A DNA stretch of 64,000 bases from Octopus vulgaris (GCA_951406725.2 OX597817.1:102734001-102798000), one strand, 5' to 3'. Shown: positions 38,080 through 51,569, counted from the first letter of the stretch. Made by a program: numbers and translations. The notes: generated by a model from the sequence alone, not told the origin.

Positions 38080-39845
38080 ATAATGACCAGGCAAGGGCAA
38101 TTCGTATGAACGACTGGATTACAGGATTAGAGGTTGAAGAAAATCAGATAAGAATAAAAAAAAAAAGAAAATGAAATTTGTGAAACAGTAACAGAAAGTG
38201 GTAATGAAGGGATAAGAAATGAAGAAAATGAAAAAGAAGGCAATTTCTATATGTCTGAGAATATTGTTAGAGTAAGTAGTGAAGACGATATCGCTGAACA
38301 AGTGACAGTAAATGCTATACAACACTTGAACGATGAAAAGAAGGAGATTCTACAAATGCTGCAATGTAGATGTGTGTTGGGAACAATGAAATACTACCAA
38401 ATACAAGGTATCTGGACTGAGTAAAAGTAAGGTAAGCCATAGACAAAGTAAATGGCGAATTGAGTTTGGTTAAAATAGAAGGATCTTTTATGTTTGGCTG
38501 CCACTTTTCAATTTCTTGATATAGGCTTGTATGGTAATCATTGGCATGACATTCATTTCCGCCATAAATCGATAAATAAAGAGTTAATAGCTTTCAAAGT
38601 TTCCAAATTTTGGGTTATTTTAGTCAGTCGCAAGCCACAGACATATAGGTGCCTGTTTCCATAGTTACAAGCCAAGTTGTTACCAAGCTGCTTACCCACG
38701 TGGTCATTTTTCGCTTAGTACATACTTAATACCTAAATAAACCTTAAATCACGTACCAAAAAATTGGTGGGTGCATATTCTTATGAATTTCCGTGTGTAG
38801 AATACAAATTTGCAAAAATTTTCTAAAAATTCCAAAAGATATAAAAGTCATGAGGGTTATATGTCGTACGTAAGGCAAAATTCCGCCAGTATTTCATTTG
38901 TCTACAATTTGTCTACGTGCAGTCACGCACAAAATCATACTTCCAAATCTTGTTTCCCGACTGGATGAAAATTATCAAACTTTAAACCTCTGTAACCATT
39001 TTTTAAAAATTTTTCGGAAAAACTGAATTATCCTTTGAGACTCAGCGTGGAAAATTACATTTAATACACCAAATTTTAAAATTTTCGCTAAAATTTAAAA
39101 TTTCCACAGGTTCAGCCAAACAGAAAAGATCCTAATGGAGAATATTAGTGAAAGAAACCATCTGATCATAGTTGCTGCTAATGTTGTAGCTGACATAATA
39201 GGATGCAAGCAGAAACCTGTTGAAGAAAAGAAGGAGAAAGAAAAGAAAGAACCAAACTGAAGGAAGAAAATACGAAGGAAGTCGGAAAAAACACGGAAAG
39301 AACTGGGGCAATTGAATAGGATAATGAGAGAACTCAAGAATGAGATAGTAATCGGAATATTGAATGCTTAGTGCAGGTTAGAAGAAAGGGGAAAGCAAAC
39401 GGCACCTGAAAAATTGTCACAAATGGTGGCAGCGTTAAAGATATGATGCTAGATGCAAAAGTTTTGAACAGAATAGATTGCTTCAATCAAACAGAGTACG
39501 TCTTTTTGTAGAAAAGGAGAGACAGCAACATCAAGAAGTGATTCCTAATACGGAAGAACGTCAAGTATTTTAGGGAGAACTTTGGAACAGGTTAGTGAGA
39601 CATAAAGTAAGAGCAGAATGGCTAACACAGGTGGAGAGACAACTTGCAACTATACATAGAGAAAAAGACATCAGAATTTATCTATATTTAATGAGATTGA
39701 AGTTTTAAAAAATAGCAGATTGGAAAGGGCCTGGCCCAGATGGAGTACAAGGTTATTGGCTGAAGAATTTTACACAGTTGCATGAAAGAATCATTACAGA
39801 CCTGGATGAATGTCAGCAGCAGGGTCACATCTCTACCGGGATGAC
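38080..39845 (+). mobile_element. R4/Dong-clade LINE N-terminal/pre-RT fragment, with an unrelated insert at about 38460-39110
   Basis: DWITGLEVEE; NHLIIVAANVVADIIG; FEQNRLLQSN; WKGPGPDGVQGYWLKNFTQLHERI. Confidence 0.7.
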
Positions 39846-40842
39846 AAGTGAACTACCGTTGTTATGCTTCAAGGACTTCCCTATATTGCTGCCTTACATC
39901 AGAAATAATGGTCTACGTTTCACTCACCGAGGTCATTTAAGGAATATGTTTATGAAATGTCATTTTACTGTTATTGTTATTACTATTTATACACGTCAAT
40001 TGCTTGACGTTTCAGTGATTAGACGGGTGATCGACCATATTGACTTATCTTGAAGAGGAGATAGTCGGTTATAACTGGTAATTATTTTACTGACCCCCGA
40101 AAGAATGAAAAGTAAAATAGACATCTTTATGAATTAAACTCGGAACATAAAATTAAAAGGAATGAAAAGAATGAAACATAATGCAACAGTAAGATATGAC
40201 ACAGATACTTTTGTAAAGTGGTTGCTGTCTATTTTCAAGACAAAAATAAAAGACAATTTTTTTTCGCTGTTCGTATATACTACTATGCTGAGAGGAGAGC
40301 GATTGGTCACCTCCGACAAATGCAGTTTACACATTAAAAATTACGATAAGTTTTTCATTAACCTACACAGTAACAGATAAAATTATGTAACACACGAGTA
40401 TAACACTTCAAGCTGGTTTGTTTTAAAATCATTTATAGTAAAAGAAAAGTATTTGCAGTAACTGTTTTGGAAGTGAACATAACTTACGTGTTGTCAAAGA
40501 AATACCACTCTTGTTGACAAAATCTGAATTAAAGGATCCCTTCGTTCCTGATTTATCTGCTGCAAAATACAAATATTTCAAAATTAGATGGAATTTTTAC
40601 AACTGAATGATAAAGAATTTTAAGCATTTTGATTTGAGGGTTTCAGGAAAGAATCGCAAGATGGATTCTTTAGGCCAAGTCAACTGGTAGGAAACTTTGG
40701 GGTAGACCAAGAACGATTCCCATAGGCTCAGTTGGTCAAGCTTGAGGATCAAGCCAGAAAGCGTAATGACGGTTGTTTCTGATAGGACCCTATGGAGGAG
40801 GTGCCTGAGAACTTTATCACACACACACACACACATACACAC

Positions 40843-41107
40843 CCCACGACCGTTCCAGGAATAGTGGGCGGTGAAAATGGATGGACGATTCCAAATCGTC
40901 CATCCATTAGTCGACGTTGATGATCCGGAATAAGCTCAGATCAATCTGAAACTGAGTACTCCTCTGGCCAATGGAATTCAGTATCACTCGCTAATTCGTT
41001 AATCCTGAGGAATTTAAACGCTTGCTCAATGGCATCCTTTTTTAATGGCTAGGTGGACTAAATCGTTTAAGAGTCTTCGCCATGAACGCTGTGCGGCGAC
41101 AGGAAAT
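40843..41107 (-). mobile_element. (CA)n-anchored repeat, probable LINE 3' end, copy 1
   Basis: Starts ccacgaccgtt directly after (CA)n; shared with 44273-44430; contains the 15-bp-arm hairpin aatggatggacgatt-cca-aatcgtccatccatt (40876-40908). Confidence 0.6.
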
Positions 41108-41904
41108 GCACTGTTATCCCTTCGACACGAAACTCTATACACTTTCAGCTTAACTGTCTAATTCTCTCCAAACGAGTCTCATATTATTTAAGTAAAACAG
41201 TGGTGATTTTCTCTACCACCAATGGATATCGCATTCTACAATTATTACTTTATTCTAATGCAGGGTTTATTGTTGGTTCCCCCTCGACTTAAGAGAACTC
41301 AATTATACTAGGGAGTTGGTAAACTGATTACTTTTATTCCAAAATAAAATCATGTATACATTTCTTGCGAGAGAAAAGATGGTGATGTTGATATACAACA
41401 AGATAAATGTCTATTTCAATGTGACATAATCATAAGTCAAAGGGAGAGCAACATTACTTTTCTGTCACGTCCATTGATGAAAAGCTTGAATGGTTTCGGT
41501 ACTTGAACTGAATGTTATCTTACCACTACTTGCTCCTAAAAGTATACGGCTCTAAATTCCAATGTTAGGCAAGAGGAATAAGACCTAAGATTAGGTAAAG
41601 GAAACCATGTCATAATACGTAATACTTCTTCAGTCTTTCCAGCTCGTTGCAAATAGCTAACTTTCATTACATACGCAATTGCGAAGCCACCATCTACAAT
41701 TCTACGATTCAGTGGAGGATAAAAACATTGATATTCTTTATTATAAATAAAGATTTGTATGTTTATTAACCTTAACCGAAAATGCATATTTCCAATGTAT
41801 CAAAGATGAAGAAAACGTCTCTTAACAAACAACTTTTTCGACACCTTGCAACTCTCTCCCTCTTCATTAAACTAATTATAGTCAAATTATTTCAGTAATA
41901 TTCA

Positions 41905-42513
41905 TTTCAAATTTTGACACAAGGCCAGCAGTTTTGGGGGAGGGGTAAGTCGATTACATCAATCCCAGTACGCAACTGGTACTTGTTTTATCAACCCCAA
42001 AAGGTTAAAAGGCAAAGTCGACCTCGGTGGAATTTGATTTGAGAACGTGAAAAATAGACGAAATACCTATTTCTTTACTATCCACAAGGGGCTAAACACA
42101 GAGAGGACAAACAAGGACAGACAAACGGATTAAGTTGATTATATTGACCCCAGTGAGTAACTGGTACTTATTTAATCGACCCCGAAAGGATGAAAGGCAA
42201 AGTCGACCTCGGCGGAATATGAACTCAGAACGTAACGGTAGACGAAATACTGCTACGCATTTCGCCCAGCTAACGTTTCTTATTTCTTTATTGCCCACAA
42301 GAGGCTAAACATAGAGGGGACAAACAAGGACAGACAAAGAGATTAAGTCGATTACATCGACCCCAGTGCGTAACTAGTACTTAATTTATCGACCCCAAAA
42401 GGATGAAAGGCAAAGTCGACCTCGGCGGAATTTGAACTCAGAACGTAACGGCAAACGAAATACTGCAAAGCATTTCGCCCGGCGCGCTAACGCTTCTGCC
42501 AGCTCGCCGCCTT
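41905..42513 (-). mobile_element. SINE family A, three tandem/nested units
   Basis: Core aaggcaaagtcgacctcgg.ggaat occurs at about 42010, 42195 and 42408; only the last unit has a complete tRNA-like head. Confidence 0.9.
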
Positions 42514-42582
42514 ATGCACTTCACTAATGTTAAGCTATCTCAGCAATACAAAAATACAGTAACGTTAACATAATTAACTAAC

Positions 42583-42805
42583 CTGTCATGAGTGTGATTG
42601 CGACACCCAACGCAGCGATCATGCCAAGGAAAACGAGAATACATGAAATGATCCAAAGTATTCGGCCACTTTTTTGCAGGAATAACTTTCTTGAGTCACT
42701 GTAAGAACCTCTCCCAAAATCGGCTCGGCTCCCTTTAAATGACGAATAAGGTTCAGCATAATCATATGATTGTCCAGATCCCAAGCTGGGGTATTTTAAA
42801 GGTAA
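42583..42805 (-). CDS. Internal coding exon of a single-pass (type II-like) membrane protein
   Basis: Acceptor ttcttactttttacag and donor G|gttagt. 223 nt open frame (phase 0 to 1): LPLKYPSLGSGQSYDYAEPYSSFKGSRADFGRGSYSDSRKLFLQKSGR followed by the hydrophobic segment ILWIISCILVFLGMIAALGVAITLMT. Non-repetitive sequence. Confidence 0.7.
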
Positions 42806-44272
42806 CTGTAAAAAGTAAGAAGAATTTTATGAAAATATATTTGTCGGAATTTTTCTTTGAAATGATTTTACGTTCGTTTTCTGTTGACAGAAATCTAGAC
42901 GTATTGTTTGAGTAATCTTTATAATTTGTTCATAAATGACTGTTTTTTCTAAACATTATGCACGTAACCGGAAATTAATGAGTTCAGTAGATATGTGATG
43001 ACAGAATTATGGTAATTACAGAATTCAATGATAATTTCGATAAAAGTATATCATAAACAGAAAAATATTTTCCTTTGTTGATTATCGTTACTTTATTCAT
43101 TGTTTTCGTTAACCATCCGCGTGTTACCTCTCCTTGTAACACGATTTTTGTCCTTGGATAGCAACTATTATTACCTCTTTGAAACTATGAAAAATGGCTA
43201 ATATTTCCTTCAAACTTTGCTTTTGTTACGATAGTTATTCAAATCTTAAGGAATCCCTCTCAACACATGGCTATGATGCTTCCCCACTACTTCTACTTCA
43301 GAGAAGCACGTATGGTCTGTCACTAAGGGACATGCTCAAGTGATTAAAGTCAAGCAAATCTGAAAAGCAAATCTGTCGTGTTGAGCAGAATATTTGCTGT
43401 AACGATATTTCTGCTTCAGCAGCTCAGCGTTGAATCTGTTTGAAATGTAATGGAAAATAGGCCAGTTTCAAAACATTGATGTCTAGGTCACAAAAGCAAA
43501 GTTTGAAAAGAATAATAGTCATTTCCTTCGATGTCCTGATAGAAGCAAATAGGAAATAACGCTTACTGACCAAACAAAAAATAATATTAAATTTTGTTAC
43601 ACAGTGTTGTTAGACAACCCAGATCTATTGCAGACGATATTTTATCAAAAACACTTTCCTTGAGCAAATAGATATTCAAACTATTTATGTTTGTAATATC
43701 TCCTAAAGAGGACACTGGGAACATTCACGATGCAACATCCAACACTTGTTGGCCATCATACTGACGAGCCATCTTCCCTGGTCTTCTTTCCATCTCCTTT
43801 ATATCTTGATGGAATATTTCCCCTGCTACTCACACCCACCAGACTTTCCAGAAATAAATCCAACTGGGCAGGTATGAAATTAACCTATACCATACCATAA
43901 TCCTAAACTATAATCTTAAAACCTTGAGCGATACATCTTAACAAGTTGCAGCTTGATACATCTTTGGAAACAGAAGAGAGTCGAGGAGGCAAAAATGGAA
44001 AGCATCTTTTGTTATCAACTTTTCTGATATTTAAAACAGTTCTGAAAGAATGTTCGTAAAAGGTCAAATATGAAAAAGTCACGGCCTGTTGCTTAAGAGG
44101 AATAGGATGAAGTGGAGGAGGAGGAGGAGGAGGTTTTAAAAAACTAGAAACTATTTTTACTGGTTTGTAATTAATCAATGAAACAAATTCTTTTTATCAT
44201 AGTCTTAAAATTCGGATAATCTGAATCTGCCATTTGTTTCCATTTATCACACGCACACACACACACACACAC

Positions 44273-44430
44273 ACCACGACCGTTGATGATCATCGATGTT
44301 GATGATCCGGAACAAGCTCAGATCAATCTGAGACTGAGTACAACGCTTGCTCAATGACATCCTTTTAATGGCTTGGTGGACTAAATCGTTTAAGAGTCTT
44401 CGCCATGAACGCTGTACGGCGACAGGAAAT
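44273..44430 (-). mobile_element. (CA)n-anchored repeat, copy 2 (internally deleted)
   Basis: ccacgaccgtt...gatgatccggaa.aagctcagatcaatctga...gagtcttcgccatgaacgctgt.cggcgacaggaaat. Confidence 0.6.
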
Positions 44431-44807
44431 CCAAATTCAAAATGCTAAAAGTAAACTCGCCCATGCGCACGGCCTATTATCGATTCTGGATCGACGCATG
44501 CCATGTAACCGGTCATAACCTTTTTCAGTTACGGGTGTTTTCAGAAATTTTTGCGAATTTGTACTCTACATATTCTATCTCGTACGATTATGCCAAGAGA
44601 CTTGTTCGATTAAATTTTTTTCATCCCCCACTATCCATAAACCCTTACAGATGATCAAATTAAACTTAACCCGTATCGAAAATAAATGGTACTAGAGAGC
44701 CTATGATTGTAGGAATTTATCCAGAGTGATTTTTAAAGTGTATGTAAAAGATAATTTATTTTAATAGCACACTTTTCTGTTAATAAATATGTTTTCTTAC
44801 ACACGCG

Positions 44808-44852
<45 letters not shown>

Positions 44853-44864
44853 GCGCGCGCGCAG

Positions 44865-44897
<33 letters not shown>

Positions 44898-46114
44898 ACA
44901 CATTCTTGGTGCGGGGGTGGAGGTTAAAAAATTAAATTACAAATTTTGCTTAAATTACAATTTTGCTCAAACCCCAGCAATGGAGCATCCTTGGGCTAAA
45001 CAAAACCTGTGTTACTTCCATATCCTCATTCCATAAAATGTGTTAATGGGGAGAAAAATATTGAAAAAGATCAAAACATGTCAGAATGACAGAGAAACGA
45101 GGAAGGTACCAGATGGTCGTGGGATGTGCTAGAAACAACAGTTAAATCTCCCAAATAACACACCTTTTCCCCTGAAAATTATTTGAAAATTATAAACAAA
45201 CAGCAAATTCGGACTGTCCGTATTTTAAAACTATGATTTATTTTTTAAATTTGAAAAAAATCGAAGTTTTAGAATTGTGGGGAGGGGTAAATTAATTAAA
45301 AACGAAAAACCTTACAGCGATACACTTATTTCGAAACTCCACTTTAGCATTATTACAAATTAGTTCCCAACCAGAATATTTTGAAGCGTCCCCAGGCACC
45401 AAAGTCTGGCAACAGGCTTGTGTTTATCAGGGATTGTTTAGAGATTCTCTAAAGTCGTCCAACGATAAATTATTGGAATAATTTTAAGTAGATAAAGAAA
45501 TGTACTTTTTTAATTTTTCTTATTTCCTGAAATCCTTATAAAATTTATGAGCTGCAAGGGAGATTACTCTGAACACCTATAAAACTAAAACTTTGTCTAG
45601 TCTTCCAGAAAATTTATATTTCTTTCAATGGTATCTGACATTTGGGAAGAAATGTGTGGCCGACACTAGTATTTGAATGATACTAATTTTTGTGGGGGGA
45701 GCGGTAATGTAATAAAGGATAAAGGACAAAATCGTCTCTAATATAATTTAAATTCAGAATGTGCTCGATAATATTTACATCGACGACTAGCAGAATGTAT
45801 GACGTTAAGTACCTTTGATGGTGTATAACCTCTTTTAATCTATACATAATCATGTCAGAACACCTAAATTTTCCGCCAACTTTATTAATTACATTTTCGC
45901 TACCAAGCGACACATCTGTTTAGCCATTCGTATCATCACTCATGAAGGTAGAAAAATATGCAAATGCTTAAAATCAAATCTAACACGACGTGCTACCTTC
46001 TTAAGGTCCTTCTAAGAAATTCATTTTCACTGCAGAGAATACAGTATTCCAGTATAAAGCGGGGGAAATGTCAATATATCCCCTTCTCAATGTCCAGAAA
46101 TTGTGGGATTTGCA

Positions 46115-46350
46115 CGGTGGTTCCCAACCATTTTTTGTCTATGAACCCCTTTGATTCCTCTTTTACTCTCGTGGATCCCCATTGTCATTTAATGTTTTAA
46201 AAATCCTATTATATTTATATAATTAGATATTGTTAGGAATTGCATTAAAAAATTTGTTAAAATATTTTGTTTATTGTAGAAGTGTAACCGATTTATAACA
46301 CATAAACTTTAATAACAAAATCTTATGTGGACCCTGGTTGAGAACCGTTG
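46115..46350. mobile_element. Related hAT MITE copy
   Basis: cggtggttcccaacc ... ggttgagaaccgttg; interior similar to 34286-34641 (tgtctatg.accccttt). Confidence 0.75.
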
Positions 46351-46843
46351 ATGTAGCATTATATTTTCTTCTAAATATTTGCACTTTTATAATATTCTAA
46401 TCAAGAATTGGAGGAATGTTTCCATTAAATGGTGTGCTGTGAAGGTTTAGTACCGAAAAAATTATTCATAACGTTACAGCAGGTTTCTAGAAATTCTCAG
46501 AGCTACTATTACGTGACTTCTTTCAATAGATAATCCAGTATACGTGTGAAACTAAGAAGACATAAAATTGATGGAATACCTGTCTTTCATTTCATTTCTT
46601 ATTCTATTCCGATAATTCTATGTATAGCTATTAATATATCTAATGTAATATTTATCATTTCAGAGTTGAAATCTCCCACGTCATTAATTTTACTGTTGAC
46701 TCCATCAAAGAATATAGAACTGCTGATAATATTAATGTCAATAAAGTAAGTATTAAGCATATGATAGGGATTGTTCACTGGATTACATCTGTAATGGTAC
46801 ATAAAAAAAAGACGGTAATTCCTTTTAGACGGGGTCACCTTTT

Positions 46844-48855
46844 TGTAGTTTATTTTTTGTAAATTGTAATCGTTATCTGTTATGGTGCAACGTCGGGATC
46901 ACCAGTTTGTAACAGTAGATGTTTATGAGTTTGTATGGTTGAAATTTAATTGCAATGACATGTTGTAAGATGTGAAAGATGAACAATGCATGAAGTTTTA
47001 AGGAAAATATTTTACCGCTACATTGTAAAATACCTTGCCTCGACGGGCAGGTGATAAAATCGTACAGCATGCGAAGTAAAAATAGATGTCGTAGATTTTC
47101 TTTGTATAGTTTGTGTTCTCGTCATTGTGTAGTAGTAATTGCAGATAGAGATGGAGTAAAGTTCTAAGAAGAAAGTGAGCTGAGCTAGTGATAGTGAGAG
47201 AGTCGAGCGAAGTTGTCTTGCATAGTTGCTGATTGTAACTTTCTTTTTCCCTCTGGCCGTTTGTCTTTAGTGGCTGCCTGCTTGTGGCCATGATTCTAGT
47301 GGTCCGTTCGCTAACTGATGGTCGCTACCGCCTGACCGTCGTGCCTTGCTCCGATTCGTGGCTGAACAAGCTGGAACGCATGCTCTTTCGCTTTTTGTGG
47401 AGGGGCAGCAGACCTCTTGTAAGGCGCTCTATTTGCTGCCAAAAGTCGCTGAAGGGTGGGTTAGGGATGCCGTGGCTAAAAATGCGCAGACATGCGCTCA
47501 GGCTTAGGCACCTCTGGCTTTACCTGGACGGTGAGCAGGTGTGGTCTCCGTTCGTCAAGCTGTTATTTCCACAGTTCACATCGTTTACCAAACTGAACCC
47601 ATGGATCAAGTGTAGACCGAGGTTGGGTGTGTGGCATGTAGAGTGCCATCAGGCACTCGTGCTTCTCTCCCAGTCGGGCAACGCCGGTGGCGGGGGTACT
47701 ACCTCGTTCTTCTATAGAGGGTTAGTAGAGTTTAAGTGTGACGACGTCCTGGGAGAAAACCTGGGCTTCGACGAAAATCAACTGGCCAGCCTGTTCCAAA
47801 GAACATTCGGTCCGGGGCCCATGGATAATTACCAAAAGTCCCTGGCCTGGCAATGTTATAGAGGAGCTTTACCGGTTCGAGATAAGCTCTTTAGACATGG
47901 GTGTGCACCTTCGCCGGTTTGTGCAAGATGTGAGAAGGACAGTGAAACTGTCCTGCACGCGATTGTGCAATACCCCAAGGTGACTGAACTCTGGGCTTAT
48001 GTCGAACACCTGCTGTCGTATTCGAGAAGAGTACAACTGTCGAGCGAATCTGTAATTAAGATAGTTTCGCCGACCTCCCTGAATAGAGAGGAGCGAGCCT
48101 GTTTTCTCTCGGTAGTTGCTATGGTGAAAGAAGTAGTATGGAAGACGAGAGTAAAAGGAATTGCAACAGGCATGTTTATCTCCAGTCTCGAGCCAATCGA
48201 CTTTTTCGTTTTCCACATGAAACGGAAAATAAGGCTGGAGAAGAAATGCCTGTTGCAAAGTGTGTTTCGTAAAAGATGGAAGTCTATAGCAAGTATGTTG
48301 CGAGTGAAAGAACCTGTTTAATCGAGAATGTAAAAAAGGAGAAAGCAAAGTCTTCAGTGTGAGTATGTGGTTTGTGGGGTCAACCGCGTCCTCCGCTTCA
48401 TTTTTTGTTATTCACTCATTCTCATTTAATTGTATATATTTTAATTGTTTGTTTATTCATACGTTTCGTCTCATTCGATACCCTGACCCCAACGTTTGTT
48501 TTGTCCCCTCTTTTTCTCAACCTTATGGTGAATAAAGAAATACTCTCTAACTCGGAGTTTCACTAACTCACTAACTGACTTTTGCTTAGGGGTTCCAGAA
48601 GGATAGACATATCATTGAGAACAATGGATTTCGTTGGTGGTACTTGTCATCTTAATTCTAGCTTTTGGTGAAATAGAAGAGGTTAGAAGGGTCAAGTGGC
48701 GAAGACATTATTTTGCTTAGCTAAGGCATCTGGCAAATGTAAACTGCTGTCACAGAAAAACTATTGTTTTACCGTGAGAAAAGTGCAGTTGAAGTGTTAA
48801 TTTAAATTTGGCTATCTAGGATCGAATCTACATCATGCCTGCAAGATCCACTGCA
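46844..48855. mobile_element. LTR-like interspersed repeat, copy 2, interrupted by an L1/Tx1 LINE
   Basis: Begins tgtagt, ends ccactgca; both halves align with 24430-24907; no clear TSD; left boundary tentative. Confidence 0.6.
47321..48540 (+). mobile_element. 5'-truncated L1/Tx1-clade LINE (post-RT region and zf-RVT zinc finger)
   Basis: Open about 330 aa: LERMLFRFLWRG...KGGLGMP...WQCYRGALPVRDKL...CARCEKDSETVLHAIVQYP (CCHC, last Cys to Tyr). T-rich 3' UTR ending aataaagaaa. Confidence 0.9.
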
Positions 48856-49301
48856 CATCGATCTCCTGAAATTTGTTATCTTTTGCAGATGCGAGAAATC
48901 AGTTCTTTAGTTCACTATACAAGTCTAGAGCAGCGAGAGGGTATTTATGTGGTCGCTCCACGTATAAGAAATAATAGCTAAATCACTTTCAAACCACACC
49001 CTCTCATCTTAAATAAGGAAAGAGCCCAAGATAAATAGTTCTAAAACGATGGAAAAATCGGTCGATTTAATCAGACCAACCTGGATCTAAACAACAGCAA
49101 AGCTAGAGAGAAAAACCACTACTTTTTGCATTTAAATAAAAATTAACTGCAACAGAAGTTTAATGGCAAATTGGTATTTTTAATCATTATATCAACAACA
49201 AAAACAAATAACATTCAACAATACAACAGCAAGAACCTAAAATATAAGTAGTTTAAGATTTTTTTTTTAAATTACTTGTTTTCAACAAAGAAAGTTTTCT
49301 T

Positions 49302-49422
49302 ACTTTTTTGGAAACAAACTCCTTGTAATCCAGAAACATGTCATTACTGAAAAAGTTAATCCATTCTGGTGGTTCCACTGACCACACAGGTTCTGTTTTA
49401 CTTTCACTCATAACAAGACAGC
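49302..49422 (-). other. Possible exon or degenerate coding remnant (MSESKTEPVWSVEPPEWINFFSNDMFLDYKEFVSKK)
   Basis: Open frame ending at a phase-0 gtaaga donor. Neighbouring 49430-49900 also reads as frameshifted coding-like sequence, so it could be a TE or pseudogene relic. Confidence 0.25.
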
Positions 49423-51065
49423 TAATAAATTGTTGTGGAGATTGTTGTTTCCTTTCTGTTTTTTTGATTATTTGAACAAAAAATGTTTAATACAAACACT
49501 TATTGTCCTGTCAGTTTTGTTATGTGTAAGGTTTCATGGGGAAGAGAGTGATCACGTGATCAGTTATGTCTTCTTTTTATTTCTACTTGAATTACCTGGA
49601 GCTTGTTCAATCCACTGAGAATATGTTTCAAAAATTTATAGTGTGGCTCATCAAATGAGTTCCCAATACACTTGAATGCTAAAAAAGAAATTCCAGAAAT
49701 GAGAAGCCTGTTTTTGAAGGTATAATTAAAGTTATTCACAAATACCACTTCTTCTCTGGCTTCAGTTCAGCTGGACGAAAGTTTAACCTTCCACTTATCA
49801 AATACATCAATTGAAAAAACCTCAAAAAACAAACTGAATTGTTAGTGACTTTTCATCATAATCCAAAGCAATTTTGAGTGTTTCAGGGGAAATTGAGAAC
49901 GCTAAAAATTGTACGGTTAAAAGATTTATATTTCGCCTAAGAAAAACGGAATGAACGATCGAAAAAAGACGGAAGATAACAGTTTAAAATGTAAAGGAAC
50001 AATTATTTCAAGATTTCGATAAATTTCAAGATTTCAATGAAGTTTTCCTGGATTGTCCATAAAACTCACCAAAAGTGATAATGGAATAGATTTTCCAAAT
50101 TCAACTTAGAAAAAAAAGTAAATATTAATGAATAAAAATTAAAGTTAAGATATTAATAAATAAAAAAAAATGAATTCTTTCAATAAATTATTTTTTTAAA
50201 ACTATCGACATAGATTTGAACATCTGCATGTCATTGTTTTGGTACGTGTGTAAGAATGTATGTATGTGTGCTTTTATGTTTGATGACAGAGAAAAGGCAT
50301 TCAGCTCACAAGTAGTATGAGTAATAACACAAGTAGTATGAGTAATAACACAGGGGTTTCATCCGAACTAAAAGTAAGCAATTTAACAGTAATAAATCAG
50401 CTATGACCCATGATGACACTACCTTCACTACCACCACCACAACCAAGCCAACAGGAGCAAACAGCAATAAGTAGCATCGACTATAATAACAATATGAACA
50501 ACAAAAGAATAAAAGGTAAGAAAGAGTAAAGGTAATTGTGAATTATTACAAGCCCCGCAGGAGGTGAAGTGGCAATAGGTAAGGATTTGATATTTCAGGA
50601 TTTAAATGCATATGACTACTATTATTAAAAAAAAATCCCTGGGTGAGATGTGAACAACAAAAGTGTGAGCGGTGGGGGTGGAGGTGGCGGGACGGGGTGT
50701 AAGCTGTATATAACAATGAACTTCTTAATGAGTACATGTACATTGTTTCTGAATATTTCAGTCTCCTCTACTAACCTTTGCTCTCAGTTCCACTTTCAGA
50801 CCACACACACACACACAAACACAGGTGTGTGTGAGTGTGTTTGTATCTGTGCGTGTGTTTGTGTGTGTGCGTGGTTATGTGTACATATACATATGTTTGT
50901 ATGTGCATATGCAGCCTTAAGGGTTTTAACTTCTATTTTTTTTTTTGCAATATAGGTGCTATTCAGTACCCTCAGTTACAAACGATAAAATTTTTCCTTT
51001 ATGGTTCTATATTTTACCTAGCTGCTTAGTTTAATTTTAGTATACACGCGCGCGCGCACTCACAC

Positions 51066-51124
<59 letters not shown>

Positions 51125-51245
51125 CGCACACGCACACACACACAGTACACAGATGAAATTCAAATATTCTCCTTATAGAAGGCTCTAGTGCTCAAAAGAT
51201 TCAAACTTAGACACCAATCCACTCTTTTAATTTTCTCTGTCGTTT

Positions 51246-51440
51246 AAGGCAGCGAGCTGGCAGAAACGTTAGCACGCCGTGCGAAATGCTTAACGATAAT
51301 TCGTCTGTCTTTACGTTCTGGGTTCAAATTCCGTCGAAGTCGACTTTGCCTTTCATTCTTTCGGGGTCGATAAATTAAGTACCAGTTGCGTACTGGAATC
51401 GTTCTAATCGACTGGTCCACTCCCCCACAATTTTGGGCCT
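51246..51440 (+). mobile_element. SINE family A copy
   Basis: aaggcagcgagctggcagaaacgttagc...gggttcaaattccg...tttcggggtcgataaattaagtaccag. Confidence 0.9.
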
Positions 51441-51569
51441 TCTGTTGGCCTGCTCGCTTAGTCAGCTGGGTGGCGTCATTTGAATGCTAAAACAATACGA
51501 AGCGCATTGTGACCAGCGATGTGTAGCAACATCTGATAGCCTGTTCGGTCACGGCCATCACGGTGATAT

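Noticed and set aside
41905-42513. Regularly recurring units as a CRISPR-like array
   Set aside because: Units are about 200-bp SINE copies with no unique spacers and no cas genes; eukaryotic context
43903-44178. Minus-strand exon near the TM exon (acceptor cattctttcag at about 44042)
   Set aside because: No stop-free phase-0 donor found that joins 42805
47284-48321. 345-aa ORF as a host gene
   Set aside because: Sequence is LINE post-RT/zf-RVT region with its start borrowed from the host repeat; treated as mobile element
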